The position numbers and the translations under genes are program-made. A DNA stretch of 64,000 nucleotides from Octopus vulgaris (taxonomy: Eukaryota). This document shows positions 1-13,428 of this stretch, piece by piece (the first letter of the stretch is position 1; every line of letters begins with the position of its first letter). The notes below the pieces were generated by a model that did no database searches, had not been told where the DNA came from, and worked only from the letters and a program-made list of their open reading frames with translations. Where the stretch lies: the NCBI GenBank assembly GCA_951406725.2, contig OX597815.1:117676001-117740000 (forward strand), read 5' to 3'.

Positions 1-186
1 TATTTCGCTGGGTTAAAACTTTGTCTTTCATCCTTTTGAGATCGATAAAGTACCATCAAGTACTCAGGTTCATAATATCGACGAACTCCATCTCCCTTCG
101 AAAACACTTGTGTTGTGCCTAAATCAGAAGTTATTATTATTATTCTTTCGTAACACAGTGTAGGTATATAGTGCACCGGAGGTCCT

Positions 187-301
187 TTGAATAATTCACC
201 TCTAGAAACATGGGTGTTTCTTTCAAGATCCTTAAACAACCCTTATTCAGGGACCTTTTGAGCGAGATGGGTTACTCGATCGGAAGAAAATTCTCACTGG
301 G
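187..301 (+). mobile_element. Internal fragment of the 550-bp (TAA)n-associated element
   Basis: Reverse complement of the middle of 718-1272 and 1943-2500 (gaataattcacctctagaaacatgggtgtttc...cccttattcagggacc). Confidence 0.8.
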
Positions 302-304
302 TTA

Positions 305-390
305 GAATAACGACCTCAGACAGATAATACTTTCCTTAAGAAGTGCGCTGTGCCCAATAAGGCTGCTTTTTGCAAGGCATCAATCTTGGG
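305..390 (-). mobile_element. R4/Dong-type non-LTR retrotransposon, extreme 3' ORF fragment
   Basis: Minus strand reads PKIDALQKAALLGTAHFLRKVLSV*, matching the C-terminus NIQKIALLGTAHILRRTLSIQ* of the element at 25684-28070; abuts a (TTA)n tract. Confidence 0.75.
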
Positions 391-391
391 A

Positions 392-463
<72 letters not shown>

Positions 464-483
464 CATCATTATTATTATTATTA

Positions 484-670
484 AGGCTGCGAGTTGGCAG
501 AATCGTCAGCATACCTGACAAATCCTTAGCAGCATTTCATCTGTTTTTATGTTGGCAGTTCAAATTCCTCAGAGTTCGACTTTGATTTCATCCTTCAGAA
601 TCGATAGAATAAGTATCAGTTGAGCACTGGCGTCTTCCCCCAAATTGCTGGACTTTTGCCAAAAATTTGA
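484..670 (+). mobile_element. SINE family S2 (tRNA-like head, Meta-like core), degraded
   Basis: gagttggcagaatcgtcagc...ttcaaattcc...tttcatccttc...gataga...aagtatcagttgagcactgg matches the many S2 copies in the window. Confidence 0.7.
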
Positions 671-717
671 AATCATCATCATCATAATCATCATCATCAT
701 CATCATCATCATCATTA

Positions 718-1272
718 TTGAGTGGGAGAGCAGTGCATGCCATCAGAATGACACTGGGGTAAATATACGAAGCCCAGTACACCCATCATGACTACCCGTC
801 TGATAAGGGTACACCAGGCACATGCATCACAACCATATGTGTACGACATGGTGATCTCATATCAGGATAAACGGTGCATGACCTTGCAGGTGGGGCCCGA
901 GTTAAAATTTTCTTCTGGTCGAGTAACCCATCCCACTCAAAAAATTCCTGAATAAGGATTGTTTAAGAATTTTGAACGAAACACCCATGTTTCCAGAGGT
1001 GAATTATTCAAACCCCAAAGAATCCCTCTCAACACATGGCTATGATGCTCCCCCACTACTTCTGCTCGTGATCAGAGATGCACATATCGTCAGCCACTAA
1101 GGAACTTGGTCAACTGGTTAAAGTCATACAACTGACAAGCAAATCTGGTATTGAGCAGAATATTTGCTGTAGCTCATCTTTTATGCCAAGACAAAACAAT
1201 GTACGTGATAACACTACCAATCAGTTAAGATCAGAAGCCACGAGAGCCACAGCCTGGTATTGCATTAGGGCA
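718..1272 (-). mobile_element. 550-bp non-coding interspersed element in (TAA)n/(TGA)n, copy 1
   Basis: Colinear and highly similar to 1943-2500 and to the reverse complement of 16347-16834, with the same ends; triplet tracts on both sides. Strand assigned so that the flanks read TAA. Confidence 0.85.
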
Positions 1273-1327
1273 TTATTATTATTGTTGTTGTTGTTATTAT
1301 TATTGTTGTTATTATTATTATTGTCGT

Positions 1328-1383
<56 letters not shown>

Positions 1384-1754
1384 TTTGGTGTTGATATTTT
1401 CTCATACTTATGTATCGTTTATACTTAGAAATATGTTTCCCTGCCGAATACGTCAAGAGAACAACACGGACGCCTTGCATTGGCATTTGAGCAATTTGCT
1501 GTATAAGAGTGGAGGATGCAAGATGTTTATTTTCGTTTGGCACCAAGAGTGCATGCAGGTGCATCTGAATGTATAATGTTGTTGCTTGATATTTTTTTGG
1601 TCTTTTTCGCAGCGTACATGCTATATCAGTTGAACATTTTTTAACTGATTTTCTCTGTTATAAGTTTACAGTAATCGCCATCATAAAATTAACCGCCGCT
1701 ACTGTTAATATCTTTTACTCGTTGCGCAAATGTTTCTAATTATTTTTTATCGTA

Positions 1755-1817
<63 letters not shown>

Positions 1818-1942
1818 CATCATCATCATCATCATCATCATCATTATTATTATCATTATTATTATTATTATTATGATTATGATTATGATTATGATTATTA
1901 TTATTATTATTATGATTATTATTATTATGATTATTATTATTA

Positions 1943-2498
1943 TTGAGTGAGAGAGCAGTTCATGCCATCAAAGTGACACTGGGGTAAAATATACGAAGCC
2001 CAATATACCCATCATGACTACCCGTCTGATAAAGGTACACCAGGCACATGCATCACAACCATATGTGCGCGACATGGTGATCTCATATCAAGATAAACAG
2101 CACATGACCTTGCAGGTGGGGCCCAGTTAGAATTTCCTTCAGGTTGAGTAGCCCATCCTGCTCAAACGGTCCCTGAATAAGGGTTGCTTTAGGATGTTGA
2201 ACGAAACACTTATGTTTCCAGAGGTGAACCATTCAAACTCCAAAGAATCCCTCTCAACACATGGCCATGATGCTCCCCCACTACTTCTGCTCGTGATCAG
2301 AGATGCACATATCGTCAGCCACTAAGGGACATGCTCAACTGGTTAAGGTCAAACAACTGACAAGCAAATCTGTGGTATTGAGCAGAATATTTGCTGTAGC
2401 CCATCTTTTATACCAAGACAAAACAATGTACATGATAACACTTCCAATCAGTTAAGATCAGAAGCCATGAGAGCCACTGCCTGGTACTGCATCAGGGC

Positions 2499-2500
<2 letters not shown>
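1943..2500 (-). mobile_element. 550-bp (TAA)n-associated element, copy 2
   Basis: ttgagtgagagagcag...gcatcagggc between two long (TTA)n tracts. Confidence 0.85.
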
Positions 2501-2552
<52 letters not shown>

Positions 2553-2556
2553 CATT

Positions 2557-2591
<35 letters not shown>

Positions 2592-2601
2592 TATTATTAT
2601 C

Positions 2602-2660
<59 letters not shown>

Positions 2661-5030
2661 CATTATTCACTCAATACAAGGCAGAGAGCGAACAGAATCG
2701 TTAGCATGTCGGACAAAATGCTTAGCGGCATTTCTTTTGGATATATGTTCTGAGTTTAAATGTTGGCTAGGTTAGCTTTGCTTTTCGGAGTCGATGACAT
2801 AATTACCAGTTGAGCACTAGGAGTCAATGTAATCAACTTCCTCACTCCCTCTAAAATTGCTCACTACATTAAACATGATAACACTCCTTTTACTATCGTT
2901 TATTACGCAGATGACGTCCCTGAATAATGAATTTTGGTGTTTGTTTTTAATTCTAATAATACCCATTTTTAACATCTATGCTTGCAGAATATTGTATATC
3001 TGTCTAATGATTATCTCATCGACATATCAAATAGTACGATGATCTCAAGTTCTAATATTTCGCTGATGAAGACTAATAAGACAGAAATATAACCTGAGTT
3101 ATCTCACGAACTTGCTGAAATGATACCGTTGCCTTGTCCGTGTGGTATAATTATTTCTAATTAAATTTTTAAAGCACATCACATTAAATATGTTAGTTCA
3201 ATCTTGACAATCGACTCTATAACACATCAAAATATCAGATCACACTGAAAATACGTCTATTTATTTATTTATTGTAAATTTATTGTATCTCAGAGGATTA
3301 AAGTGTCTTGACGATTTGAATAATAACGCAGTTAATATCTCAGCAACAAATTGACCGCAACGTGCGGGCGCGTGCATATGCACACATACGCACATATGCC
3401 TAAATATACATACACCATACACAGGTATGCCTTCATATACGTACACAAACACGCACATACACGTTGTATATATAAGTGTATGGTGGTTCTGTGGGTATGG
3501 GTGTGTATGTTTGTGTACATGTATGTTTGTTCGCTTGTTTGTTTGCTTCTTGTTTGTTTGTGTGTGTATCTGTACGCGTGTCCTTCACTAATATATATCA
3601 GCGATGGATGAGAAGCCGAAAATTTAGTGCGCGTCGAACGAATACAATTTACGTTGTGTACTAAATTACTGGCACTCCCTTGTCGTGGTCCCATCAAACA
3701 TGCATTAATCTAATAACCGGCGCATAAGAGACCTTCGATCAACAACGTTATTGTTCCACCATTACGGTATTAAATATAAATAAAATAAAATAAATGTTAT
3801 GTAGGTGTGTTTCTAATTTATGCATTAACCTGTGTGCACTGACGTTTGCTCGTCGTTGAAGAAAGCAGTTACTTATTTATCTTTACAGCTATTTATATGA
3901 TTTAGTAATAAGGCGCAAACAAAACTGCACTCGGTAACCCGCCACCTCACGTAATCTCATTTTGTTTGTTCTTTTGACTGTTTTATTTTTTTTTCCACAT
4001 TTTTATTTTTTATTTGTATAATAAATCCCTATACATTGATGCAAGAAACATTAGAAACAACTTAATTCTGGAAGCTACTTACTCTTAGACCCATAAAGAA
4101 ATGTTTCGAAATGCTAATTTTTCAATTCATGGGTTTGTATTACAGGCGACTGTTTAGCTAAGCTTTGTTAGTCACTACCAGGCGGCGATCTAGGATGCAT
4201 AACGTTCGCTGTATACAACAATGACGTAAGATACACCAAAAGAGATAAAGTGATTCGCAATGGAAACTGAATATGAAATCAAAATGTAAAGAACTGGAAC
4301 AAATATCGCACATCAGTCATACTGCTCGAGTCTATTCAGTTGAAAATGAATAGTGACCAAGTGCTGCTGTTGCTCTCTGTTCCTTCTGTTACGTTCTCGA
4401 CTCTCCAGTCGGATTAAAATAGTAGGGCAGAGAGTGTATGTACGTTTACTTGCGACTGAATTGGCGAAAGTGCAGTGCATATTGCCAAGTCATATTCGCT
4501 TGCTAGTCTTTGAAATAATCTAGTATAACAGCCTTTGGCTAAAGTCAATATCAATCTTGGACATTGCAGCAGTTATTGCGGTGTGTGCATGTGTGTGTAT
4601 GTGTGTGTACGCGCGCACACACATACACACGTACACACACGCACAGTCTCATATCAAACACATGATTGGCCAGAGTGGAGAGATAATGAGTAATGACTTT
4701 ATTTTAAGGGAAACGGAAGAGTTGACTGGGAGTTTCCAATTTTCATCTATTCATCAACTTCTAAAGGTGACTTCAGCAATAGACAGTATCAACACAGTTA
4801 TCGTATTTGGCCCAAATCATCATATATGGTTCAAATATCTGGCTCATATTTGGCTCATATCTGGCTCAAAAACATATATGGAATTACGTAATTTTGAACG
4901 GGTAATATATATCTTACATATGTATGCATGTATGTGTGTGTGTGTATGTGTAAGAGAGAGAGAGAGAAAGAGAGAGAGAGCGAGAGAGAGATGAGGAGAG
5001 AAAGAAAGAAAGAAAGAAAGAAAGAGAGAA

Positions 5031-5079
<49 letters not shown>

Positions 5080-5973
5080 GTGGTCTTTGATACACCATGT
5101 CTGAAAGTCTGAAGCAAAAGCTGAACCGGTCACGACTAGTATATCTTTCGTCAGAGTTCATCTCGGTCAAGGCTGAGCTGGAATTATAACATGTAAAAAG
5201 AATATCGAAAGCAAAACAAACAAAAACAGAATTAATATCTTCGGTATGATATTTCGCTAGCTTACAGTAGATTTAATTAAAGTTGATACAAGAATAATAG
5301 CTAGGTAAGTAGTTTCACTCATTGACTTGTGTGCACTCAACGGCGAAATTTGTGTATAACAAAGAGTGCTTCGTTAATCAAACAACGAAGATTATGAGGA
5401 AGCACGCCTCGCCGCTGTAGATAGCAAACACACCGATGAATTGTTTTGTTAACCTTCAATGTAATATAGAAATTTAGTGATTGGCTAATGAAGAGGATAA
5501 TGGAGACCGACAGTTATGTCATTGTTTAATAGGCCGCCATACGTAACTTCGTAGCGATTGAAAACCGTCAGTTGGTTTCAATTCCAACTGATGAAAATTT
5601 ACGATACTTTATGTCTATTTATTTATTTATTTTTCTCTTACCCTGAAACATAGCCTCCTTCCCTTGTGGAAAATATATTAATATACCGAAATGCTTTAAT
5701 GTAACAACAACCTAACCATTTTGGATTACTAATAACTAATTAATCAGTGTGTATGTGCCAGTGTGTGTGTTAGTGTGTTTATCTGGCTTCAGGAATTTAT
5801 ACATAACTGTAAAAATACAGAAACACATACTGTATGTATATAAAATATTTATGTATGCTGAACGTTATATAATGATAGATGATATAACGGTTGGCTGGTT
5901 GATCGTCCAATCGCGCTCTTCATCAAAGGGAGAGAGAGAAATAGAGAAAGAAAGAGAGAAAAACAGAGAGAGA

Positions 5974-6012
<39 letters not shown>

Positions 6013-6186
6013 TTATATGAGATGCAGGGTGAGTGTACATATGAGGCTTGGAGGCAAGAATTGATAACTTTGTGAAAGATAAACATTTTTGAATGAAATT
6101 TTGGCGATAGATTTTCAATTCATTGGATGGCAGTCCATGTTGATGACATTTAGAAATTTATATGTATGTGTGTATGTGTGTGTATA

Positions 6187-6259
<73 letters not shown>

Positions 6260-6262
<3 letters not shown>

Positions 6263-6694
6263 TAATTGAGGGTAAAATTAATTAATTATTAATCAATTTC
6301 ACCAAGTATTCAGTATGTAAAGGGACCATTTAAGGCGAATTCAAATTATTACATTATATAAAAGGGCTTAGTAAAATAAATTACTTTGCCACATACTGAA
6401 CTCATTAGAAATAGCAGCTAAAAAAATTTTTTAAACTATTTCTAATACTTAAAGAAAATCTCTCTCATATAGTGTTTGCTCAAGTCAACTCACGAAGGTA
6501 TGGGGGTAAAAACATTTGTGATTTTTTTAATGTTTTTACCCCCATACCTTCGTGAGTTGACTTGAGCAAACACTATATGAGAGAGATTTTCTTTAAGTAT
6601 TAGAAATAGTTTTAAAAATTTTTTTAGCTGCTATTTCTAATGAGTTCAGTATGTGGCAAAGTAATTTATTTTACTAAGCCCTTTTATATAATGT

Positions 6695-6700
<6 letters not shown>
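6260..6700. repeat. (TA)n-flanked island ending in a 172-bp fold-back inverted repeat
   Basis: Arms 6345-6516 and 6529-6700 are near-perfect reverse complements with a 12-nt spacer. Confidence 0.95.
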
Positions 6701-6765
<65 letters not shown>

Positions 6766-7065
6766 TGAAGGTTAGTCTGATTACTATGCATAAAATGCAA
6801 AATGTTTTATTTGGGGTTTTTTTTGCCGATTAGGTAGGCATAATTCACCCCTGCTTTTCAATCTCAGTATTTAAGCTATGCATAGTACTGCTGTAGTACA
6901 CGTGCAGCGTACATTCCTACAGCATCCTTTTCTTTACGTGCTATAAAAGCAGCAATAGTTCTGCCTTCAACTCAGTCGCATGCCTGAATTTCGCATATTT
7001 TTTGTGTGTTTTACTACATAAAAGTCACCAACTGTCTATCCTGAGTAATAATTGACGGCACGTGC

Positions 7066-7126
<61 letters not shown>

Positions 7127-7709
7127 GTGTGTGTATGTGTGTGTATGAATATGTATGTATGTATATATGTACTATGTTTGAATGAAATACATTTTTTCAG
7201 TTGAGTACTTATTATTGAAAACAATCTTATCATTAGACTCTCATGCTAAACTAATACTAGCACGATATATATTAAATACTGACCATTGGAAATACAAGAC
7301 ACACAATGCGAATATTAATGATACAGCCTCTACATTATTGATCGAATCTTTCAGATAGAGTAATTTATTAAAACCTTATTGTTGATGATTTGCATAGAAA
7401 TGTCAGATTAGTGACAACGCCACAATTATCAATGGGTAGAGCCAGTAACTGGTCAGAGGAGAGCAACTTCGACCATAATCAACTTCTATTCTGAATGAGT
7501 CGTTGATGTTAATGATTAATCAGTGCCAGATAGTTGGAGAGATTCCCCATCGATTAATTTTGTTTTTTTGTTTTGTTTTGTTTTTGGTTGCACACCAATT
7601 GTTATTGATGAAGCTATTCCATTCAATGATGTTTGTGAATAAAGAGCTAAAAAAATCATATATAAATTCATATATATATATATATATATTTATATATACA
7701 TATATATAC

Positions 7710-7752
<43 letters not shown>

Positions 7753-7785
7753 CATATATATATACATATATATATTCATGCATGC

Positions 7786-7828
<43 letters not shown>

Positions 7829-7842
7829 CATACATACATACA

Positions 7843-7917
<75 letters not shown>

Positions 7918-7979
7918 ATATATATGCCTAAATCAATGTAGGCGTTAGTGGGATTGGGGAATATAGTTCAGTTCTCCTG

Positions 7980-8030
7980 TCCAACTGATAGGCAAAAATG
8001 GTGTGTTTGCCCAAATTATGTGGTATTGAA
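7980..8030 (+). ncRNA. Decayed type I hammerhead ribozyme motif
   Basis: caa CTGAT-A GGCAAA(9 nt)TTTGCC CAAA TTATGTG GTA ttg: stems I and II intact, core damaged (one base missing, GAAA to CAAA). Confidence 0.5.
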
Positions 8031-8161
8031 CTCATCTTGAGTTAACTGATTACAAATATTTGAGAACGGAATAATTGATCAACAGGATACATTCTATAAT
8101 GAAGTTATGGATTAGCTTTTAACGAAGATACTTAAAATATGGCTACATCATTAGTTTCGTA

Positions 8162-8579
8162 GGCTCAAGAGTTGCTGTGTGGTAAGTAGCTTGCTTGCCA
8201 ACCACATGGTTCTGGGTTCAGTCCCACTGTATGGCACCTTGGGCAAATGTCTTCTACTATAGCCTGGGGTCGACCAAAGCCTTGTGAGTGGATTTGGTAG
8301 CCTGAAACTGAAAGAAACCCGTCGTATATATATATATGTGTGTGTATGTTTGTGTATGTGTGTACGTGTGTGTGTCTGTGTTTGTCCCCCTACCGTCGCT
8401 TGAATACCAATGCTGGTATATTTAGATCCCCGCAACTTAGCGGTTCGGCAAAAGAGACCGACAGAATAAGTACTAGGCTTACTAAGAATAAGTTCTGGAG
8501 TCGATTTGTTTGACTAAAGGCGGTGCTCCAGCATGACTGCAGTCAAATGATTGAAACAAATAAAAGAGTAAGAGTAAAA

Positions 8580-8580
<1 letters not shown>
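8162..8580 (+). mobile_element. SINE family S1 (tRNA-like head, CORE-like ccttgggcaagt, internal TA/TG repeat)
   Basis: A/B-box-like gctgtgtggtaag...gggttcagtccc; tail ggcggtgctccagcatg...tgaaacaaataaaaga; more than 10 copies or fragments in the window. Confidence 0.9.
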
Positions 8581-8672
<92 letters not shown>

Positions 8673-8726
8673 TATGTGTGTGTGTATGTATGTATGTATG
8701 TATGTATGTATGTATGTATGTACGTA

Positions 8727-9072
8727 CAGGGTGATTCAAAAGTCGCCATACATAGGAATAATCTATCTTTTTACAAGAAACAGTTTTTTTTTTTAAACAG
8801 GCTTTATATGGTTACCATTGTTTTGAATATACATTGCAATACATCTATCCCACACATTGTGAACTCGTAATAGCACATCTGGTGATACGTGTGCAAATGA
8901 GTTGGTGTGCGTTCCTTTAAATGATTTATGCTTTTATCTTTCCGTGATACACCACACCTTTCAAATGCCCCCAAATATAGAAATCAAGAAGGGTTAGATC
9001 AGAGGATCTCATAAACTGTTACTTGTAAAAAAATAACTTTTTCCTATGTATTGAGATTTTTGAATCACCCTG
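8727..9072 (-). mobile_element. Internally deleted Tc1/mariner-superfamily DNA transposon
   Basis: TIRs cagggtgattcaaaa / ttttgaatcaccctg flanked by TA; minus strand encodes RSSDLTLLDFYIWGHLKGVVY and, after frameshifts, ...IQNNGNHIKPV*, a transposase C-terminus. Confidence 0.9.
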
Positions 9073-9130
9073 TATCTCTCTCTCTCTCTCTCTCTCTCTC
9101 GCTTTTTCTTTCTCTCTATCTCTCTCTAAA

Positions 9131-9183
<53 letters not shown>

Positions 9184-9576
9184 TTGAAATACTCCTGTTA
9201 CAACCTGGGACCTTGAAGACTGCTTTAATGCAAGAAAGAATACTAGTCCCTTAATATTTTATGTTCAATATTTCATCTATTCAATAAGACAATCAATACT
9301 TCATTTCATTTTAATATATATACTAATTTATACTATATATTCTATATTCTACATTAATATTATAAAGAATATAAATAAAACATAAAAAACAGAGTTGGAA
9401 TTCCTTTGAATAATATATATATATTTATATATATATATATATATATTACCGGAGTCATTCTTGTTGCTTATTTTGATTATAATCCCCCCACGGATTTTTA
9501 TGGATAACACCATACAGAATTCTGGTGCATCTAAATTAAGTACCATATTCATTTGAATCTAAATTTTTGCTGAACT

Positions 9577-9752
<176 letters not shown>

Positions 9753-10111
9753 TAATTCACCTCTCATAGTTTCACGCTCACTTTATTGCTGAGTTATGTA
9801 AATCAATATGTGAATGTCTTAACATTAGGCTGGAAAACCCCCCAAATCGAAGCAAGTATAAAATGTAAGGGTAACTTTTTTCAAATCTCTAGACCTTCAC
9901 AGTGTGAATTGTATAAAAGTTAGGTAGGGAAAAGGTATTAGACATTCGTACCTTTTACTCTCTTTGCTTCTCCTCTACGAAAAAAAGAGTAAAAAAATGT
10001 GTGCTTATTCAAAAGACAACAATATAGCATAAATGTATCTGTTTGAACTCATTTTTGTTTGAAAGAATGACTATCGTTAGATTTTGTCCACAATCACTAA
10101 ATATATAAGAA

Positions 10112-10221
10112 CTAAGAATGTTTCCGTAACAGGATTCTTTTCTCTCTGGGCAAATCTTCACGTACAATTTTTCTTTGAACATAATCACTGATACTGGCAC
10201 CTACTGACATGAACGAAATAT
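10112..10221 (-). CDS. Candidate terminal coding exon of an unidentified gene
   Basis: Acceptor ctgtttattttggtcag, then phase-1 ISFMSVGASISDYVQRKIVREDLPREKRILLRKHS*; AATAAA on minus near 9782-9787. No homology recognised. Confidence 0.2.
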
Positions 10222-10531
10222 CTGACCAAAATAAACAGTGGACGCCAACCGACTTCTAATAAACAGGGTATGAGTCTAAAGTCTTTTGTCAATAACAATA
10301 TCATAGAATTGTCCGGTATATAACATTGCCAATGTTCTCTTTGAAAAATTCACTTGGCAATTTAAACATTTCACTCCACAGTTCAAACAATTTACATTTT
10401 CCCCCTCTTAATTGTCAAGCGGTTAAAAACGTCTCATTGTTTGAGAAAGTAATATATTTTTATATGTTTTCGTAAACGATTCAACAAAAGGCAATGCTTA
10501 TATTAATGTTGGTTAACATCACTCTTTGTAG

Positions 10532-10948
10532 AAGGTGCCGGGCTGGCAGAATCGTTAGCGCTCCAGAAATATCGTTAAGTGGCATTTCTTTACGTTTTGA
10601 GTTCAAATCCCTGGTACTCGATAAAACGAGTACCAGTTAAATACTGGGGTTAATGTAATCGACATGCTCTCTTTCCCCGAAACAGTTGCCCTGTGCCAAA
10701 ATTTGAAACCTGTATTACTTCTTGTAGAAGGCGGTGGACTGTCGGAACGTTGCTGCGCCGGAAGAAATGAAAAACTGTTAAGCGGCATTCCTTCCGACTT
10801 TACGTTCTGAGTTCAAATGCTGCCGGAGTCGACTTTGCTTTTCATCTTATCAAAGTCGTTAAAATAGGTACCAGTTGTATACGAGGGTTGATATAACTGA
10901 CTTCCTTTTCCCCTGTATTGCAGACCTTCAGTCAAAATTTGAAACCAA
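10532..10948 (+). mobile_element. Two tandem S2 SINE copies
   Basis: Two heads (aaggtgccgggctggcagaatcgttagcg; aaggcggtggactgtcgg) each followed by gagttcaaat...taccagtt...caaaatttgaaacc. Confidence 0.75.
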
Positions 10949-12147
10949 TGTTATTTTTTGTAGTTAATTTATCAGCATTATTAAATTTTAGAATCACAGT
11001 ATTAGCAGTATTATAAATTTTAGAATCACACTAAAGTAGCAAGTGCATTTTCAAAATATCATAAATCTTGATATATATCTCTGGTGATATTTTTAGATGC
11101 AACCTCTTTGTGGTATTTAATGAGAAAATATTCAGTGCTTTGTGATGTTAATGTTCACAACCATCTGCACCTGCATATTTATTATTTATATTGTTGTATT
11201 TAATATATATACTTATTTTTAAAATTATATCGTTCATGTTTACGTTCAGCTGTTTATTTTTGAGGTCGACTTTCTCTTTCACTCTTCCCGGGTCGATATT
11301 TTAAATACCAACCAAGTGCTGGGATCAATTTAATTGACATTTCCCTCATACTAAATATGAGGCCTTATACCTGCATTAAAAAATCAGTGTAATATATAAG
11401 TTTTTTTTTCCATTTTCCACAATTAGCTTTTCTTTTTTAAAAGAGTCTTCATCTCCTTCCTTATCTCCCCAAGTCCTACACAGCAAATAAGTGCTGCTAC
11501 TATGAGACTATATAGCCAGATAGGAAACAAAATAGAATTAAAGTGATATATTAAAATATTAAAATCCCGAATAAATGATTTTCAGCTTTCTCTGTCAAAG
11601 TGAATGTGACCTTTATACAAACCGTTAAGTAATTCCTGTCTTTACAACAAAAAAACTAGCAAAAACAACAGCAAAAGCAGTTGATTTAAGTAGTAATGTC
11701 TGGAAAGAAACCAGAACTATAACATGGTAAGTCCTGGGGTTATGTATTCATAGTCAAACCGCTTAGAATAAAGAATTCGCTGCTACATCCAAGTGATAAG
11801 TTTTACTAAAAACAGTCCAGCAAAATATACCTTGCTGGACTTTTAATAAGACAGAACTTTTATCAATCATTTGCTGTATCTGGGGATTATGTCCATAATT
11901 AACAATCGTACTGGTTCTATTTCACTTCTTTATCATTTAATTTGTCAATAGATTAACTATTTAACTAATTGACTAATTGACTGTTTTATTAATCGCTTGG
12001 TCAATTAATTAATCAGCTTGGTTTGTCAAAGTGTCCCCGTCGTCTTCCGCGACCTCATCAGTGACTATCATGTAAGAGGGTTAATGTAAAACATTGACCA
12101 ATCATTTTATTCAGCTGGTTAACAGATTATCAATCATAAATCACTAA

Positions 12148-12465
12148 CGGGCACTCCGTCGGTTTCGACGACGAGGGTTCCAGCTGATCCGATCAACGGA
12201 ACAGCCTGCTCGTAAAATTAGCGTGCAACTGGCTGAGTACTCCACAAAAAACGCGTACCTTTAACGTAGTTCTTAGGGAGATTCAGCGCGACACTGAATG
12301 TGACAAGGTTAGTCCTTTGAAATACAGGTACTACTCATTTTTGCCAGCTGAGTGGACTGGGGCAATGTGAAATAAAGTGTCTTGCTCAAGGACACAATGC
12401 GCCGCCGGGAATCGAACTCCCGACCTTCCGATCGTGAGCCAAATATCCTAACCAAATAGCCACGT
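12148..12465 (-). mobile_element. SINE family S3 (tRNA-like head, Deu/Nin-like middle)
   Basis: Minus-strand head with gttcgattcc B-box; body shared with 38005-38345 and degraded copies near 32900-33575. Domain name from memory. Confidence 0.8.
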
Positions 12466-13062
12466 TGCCATCACATAAATCGCCAAATGTTAGACTGAAT
12501 GAACGACAGAGGAGGTAGAGATCCTAACAAATGTCCTATTAAGGTGGAAGATTCATCTGAATGTATTTATAAGAACATGTAGATTATCTAGTGGTTAACA
12601 GCATTAATAAAAGCATTACACTTCGTCAGTATGCAATAGATATAAATTAGAAAAGGTAATAATAATTACTATAATTAATAATAATTACAATTACTTTACG
12701 TTTGGAATTCAAATCCTTTCGCTATCAACTGAATTTCCTCATACCGAGGTTGAATAAATTAAAATGCCAGTGATGCGCTGTGATTGATTTAATGAAATAA
12801 ACCCACCCTTGAAATTTGAGTCATTTTGTTTATATTAGAAATGACAATGGATATTAGAGACAGTACAGAAAATAATATTGCGTTTTATGGATGAGCTCGT
12901 TGTTACACCCATGTCTAACATAATAGGAAGTCTTTTCTCATGTAAAAATCTTTTTGAATGAAATGTATCCAGTTACATTTGGAAGACACTTATTTATATA
13001 ATATATTTTTCTTTTTTTCTTCAATTTTTTCTGTCACCTTCAGTTTGTCTGGAGAGAGAGGG

Positions 13063-13118
<56 letters not shown>

Positions 13119-13349
13119 GGCGGATAGAATGGGTCTTAATTTCAGTTCTAGACATTTAGAAAATCATTGCTTTGGTGTATAAAGTAAAAGGGACCCAAAG
13201 AAAGGAATGGCGGTGAAAGAGAGAGAAAAGGAAATAATGTAAAACTAAGACGGTGGAAGTGTCAAAAAGGAGTGGCAACTGTAGACGAGATTAAATAACA
13301 ATAAGGTTTTCTATTTTATATATTTATGTATTTAGTTCTCTCTTTCCTT

Positions 13350-13428
<79 letters not shown>

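Noticed and set aside
1040-1100. CTGACGA within the 550-bp (TAA)n element as an HHR core
   Set aside because: Spacing to stem II is wrong and there is no GAAA or valid cleavage triplet.
1385-1590. Possible additional Dong-type 3' remnant (STLIQQIAQM)
   Set aside because: Similarity is marginal without an alignment.
3055-3095. CTGATGA AGAC taataa GACA GAAA
   Set aside because: Stem II is mismatched and stems I and III are missing; not counted.
5118-5160. Minus CTGACGA...GTGACCGGTTC, HHR-like
   Set aside because: GAAA absent and the stems are weak.
5400-5560. CCAAT box and YY1-like ggccgccat as a host promoter
   Set aside because: Short motifs with no linked exon or other support.
11424-11580. 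Minus-strand hydrophobic reading frame resembling a final transmembrane helix
   Set aside because: Bounded by an upstream stop, AT-rich DNA yields such peptides by chance, and no family motif was recognised.
12010-12068. Minus-strand CTGATGA followed by a GTCG/CGAC hairpin
   Set aside because: No GAAA and no clear UH site; at best a very decayed HHR.
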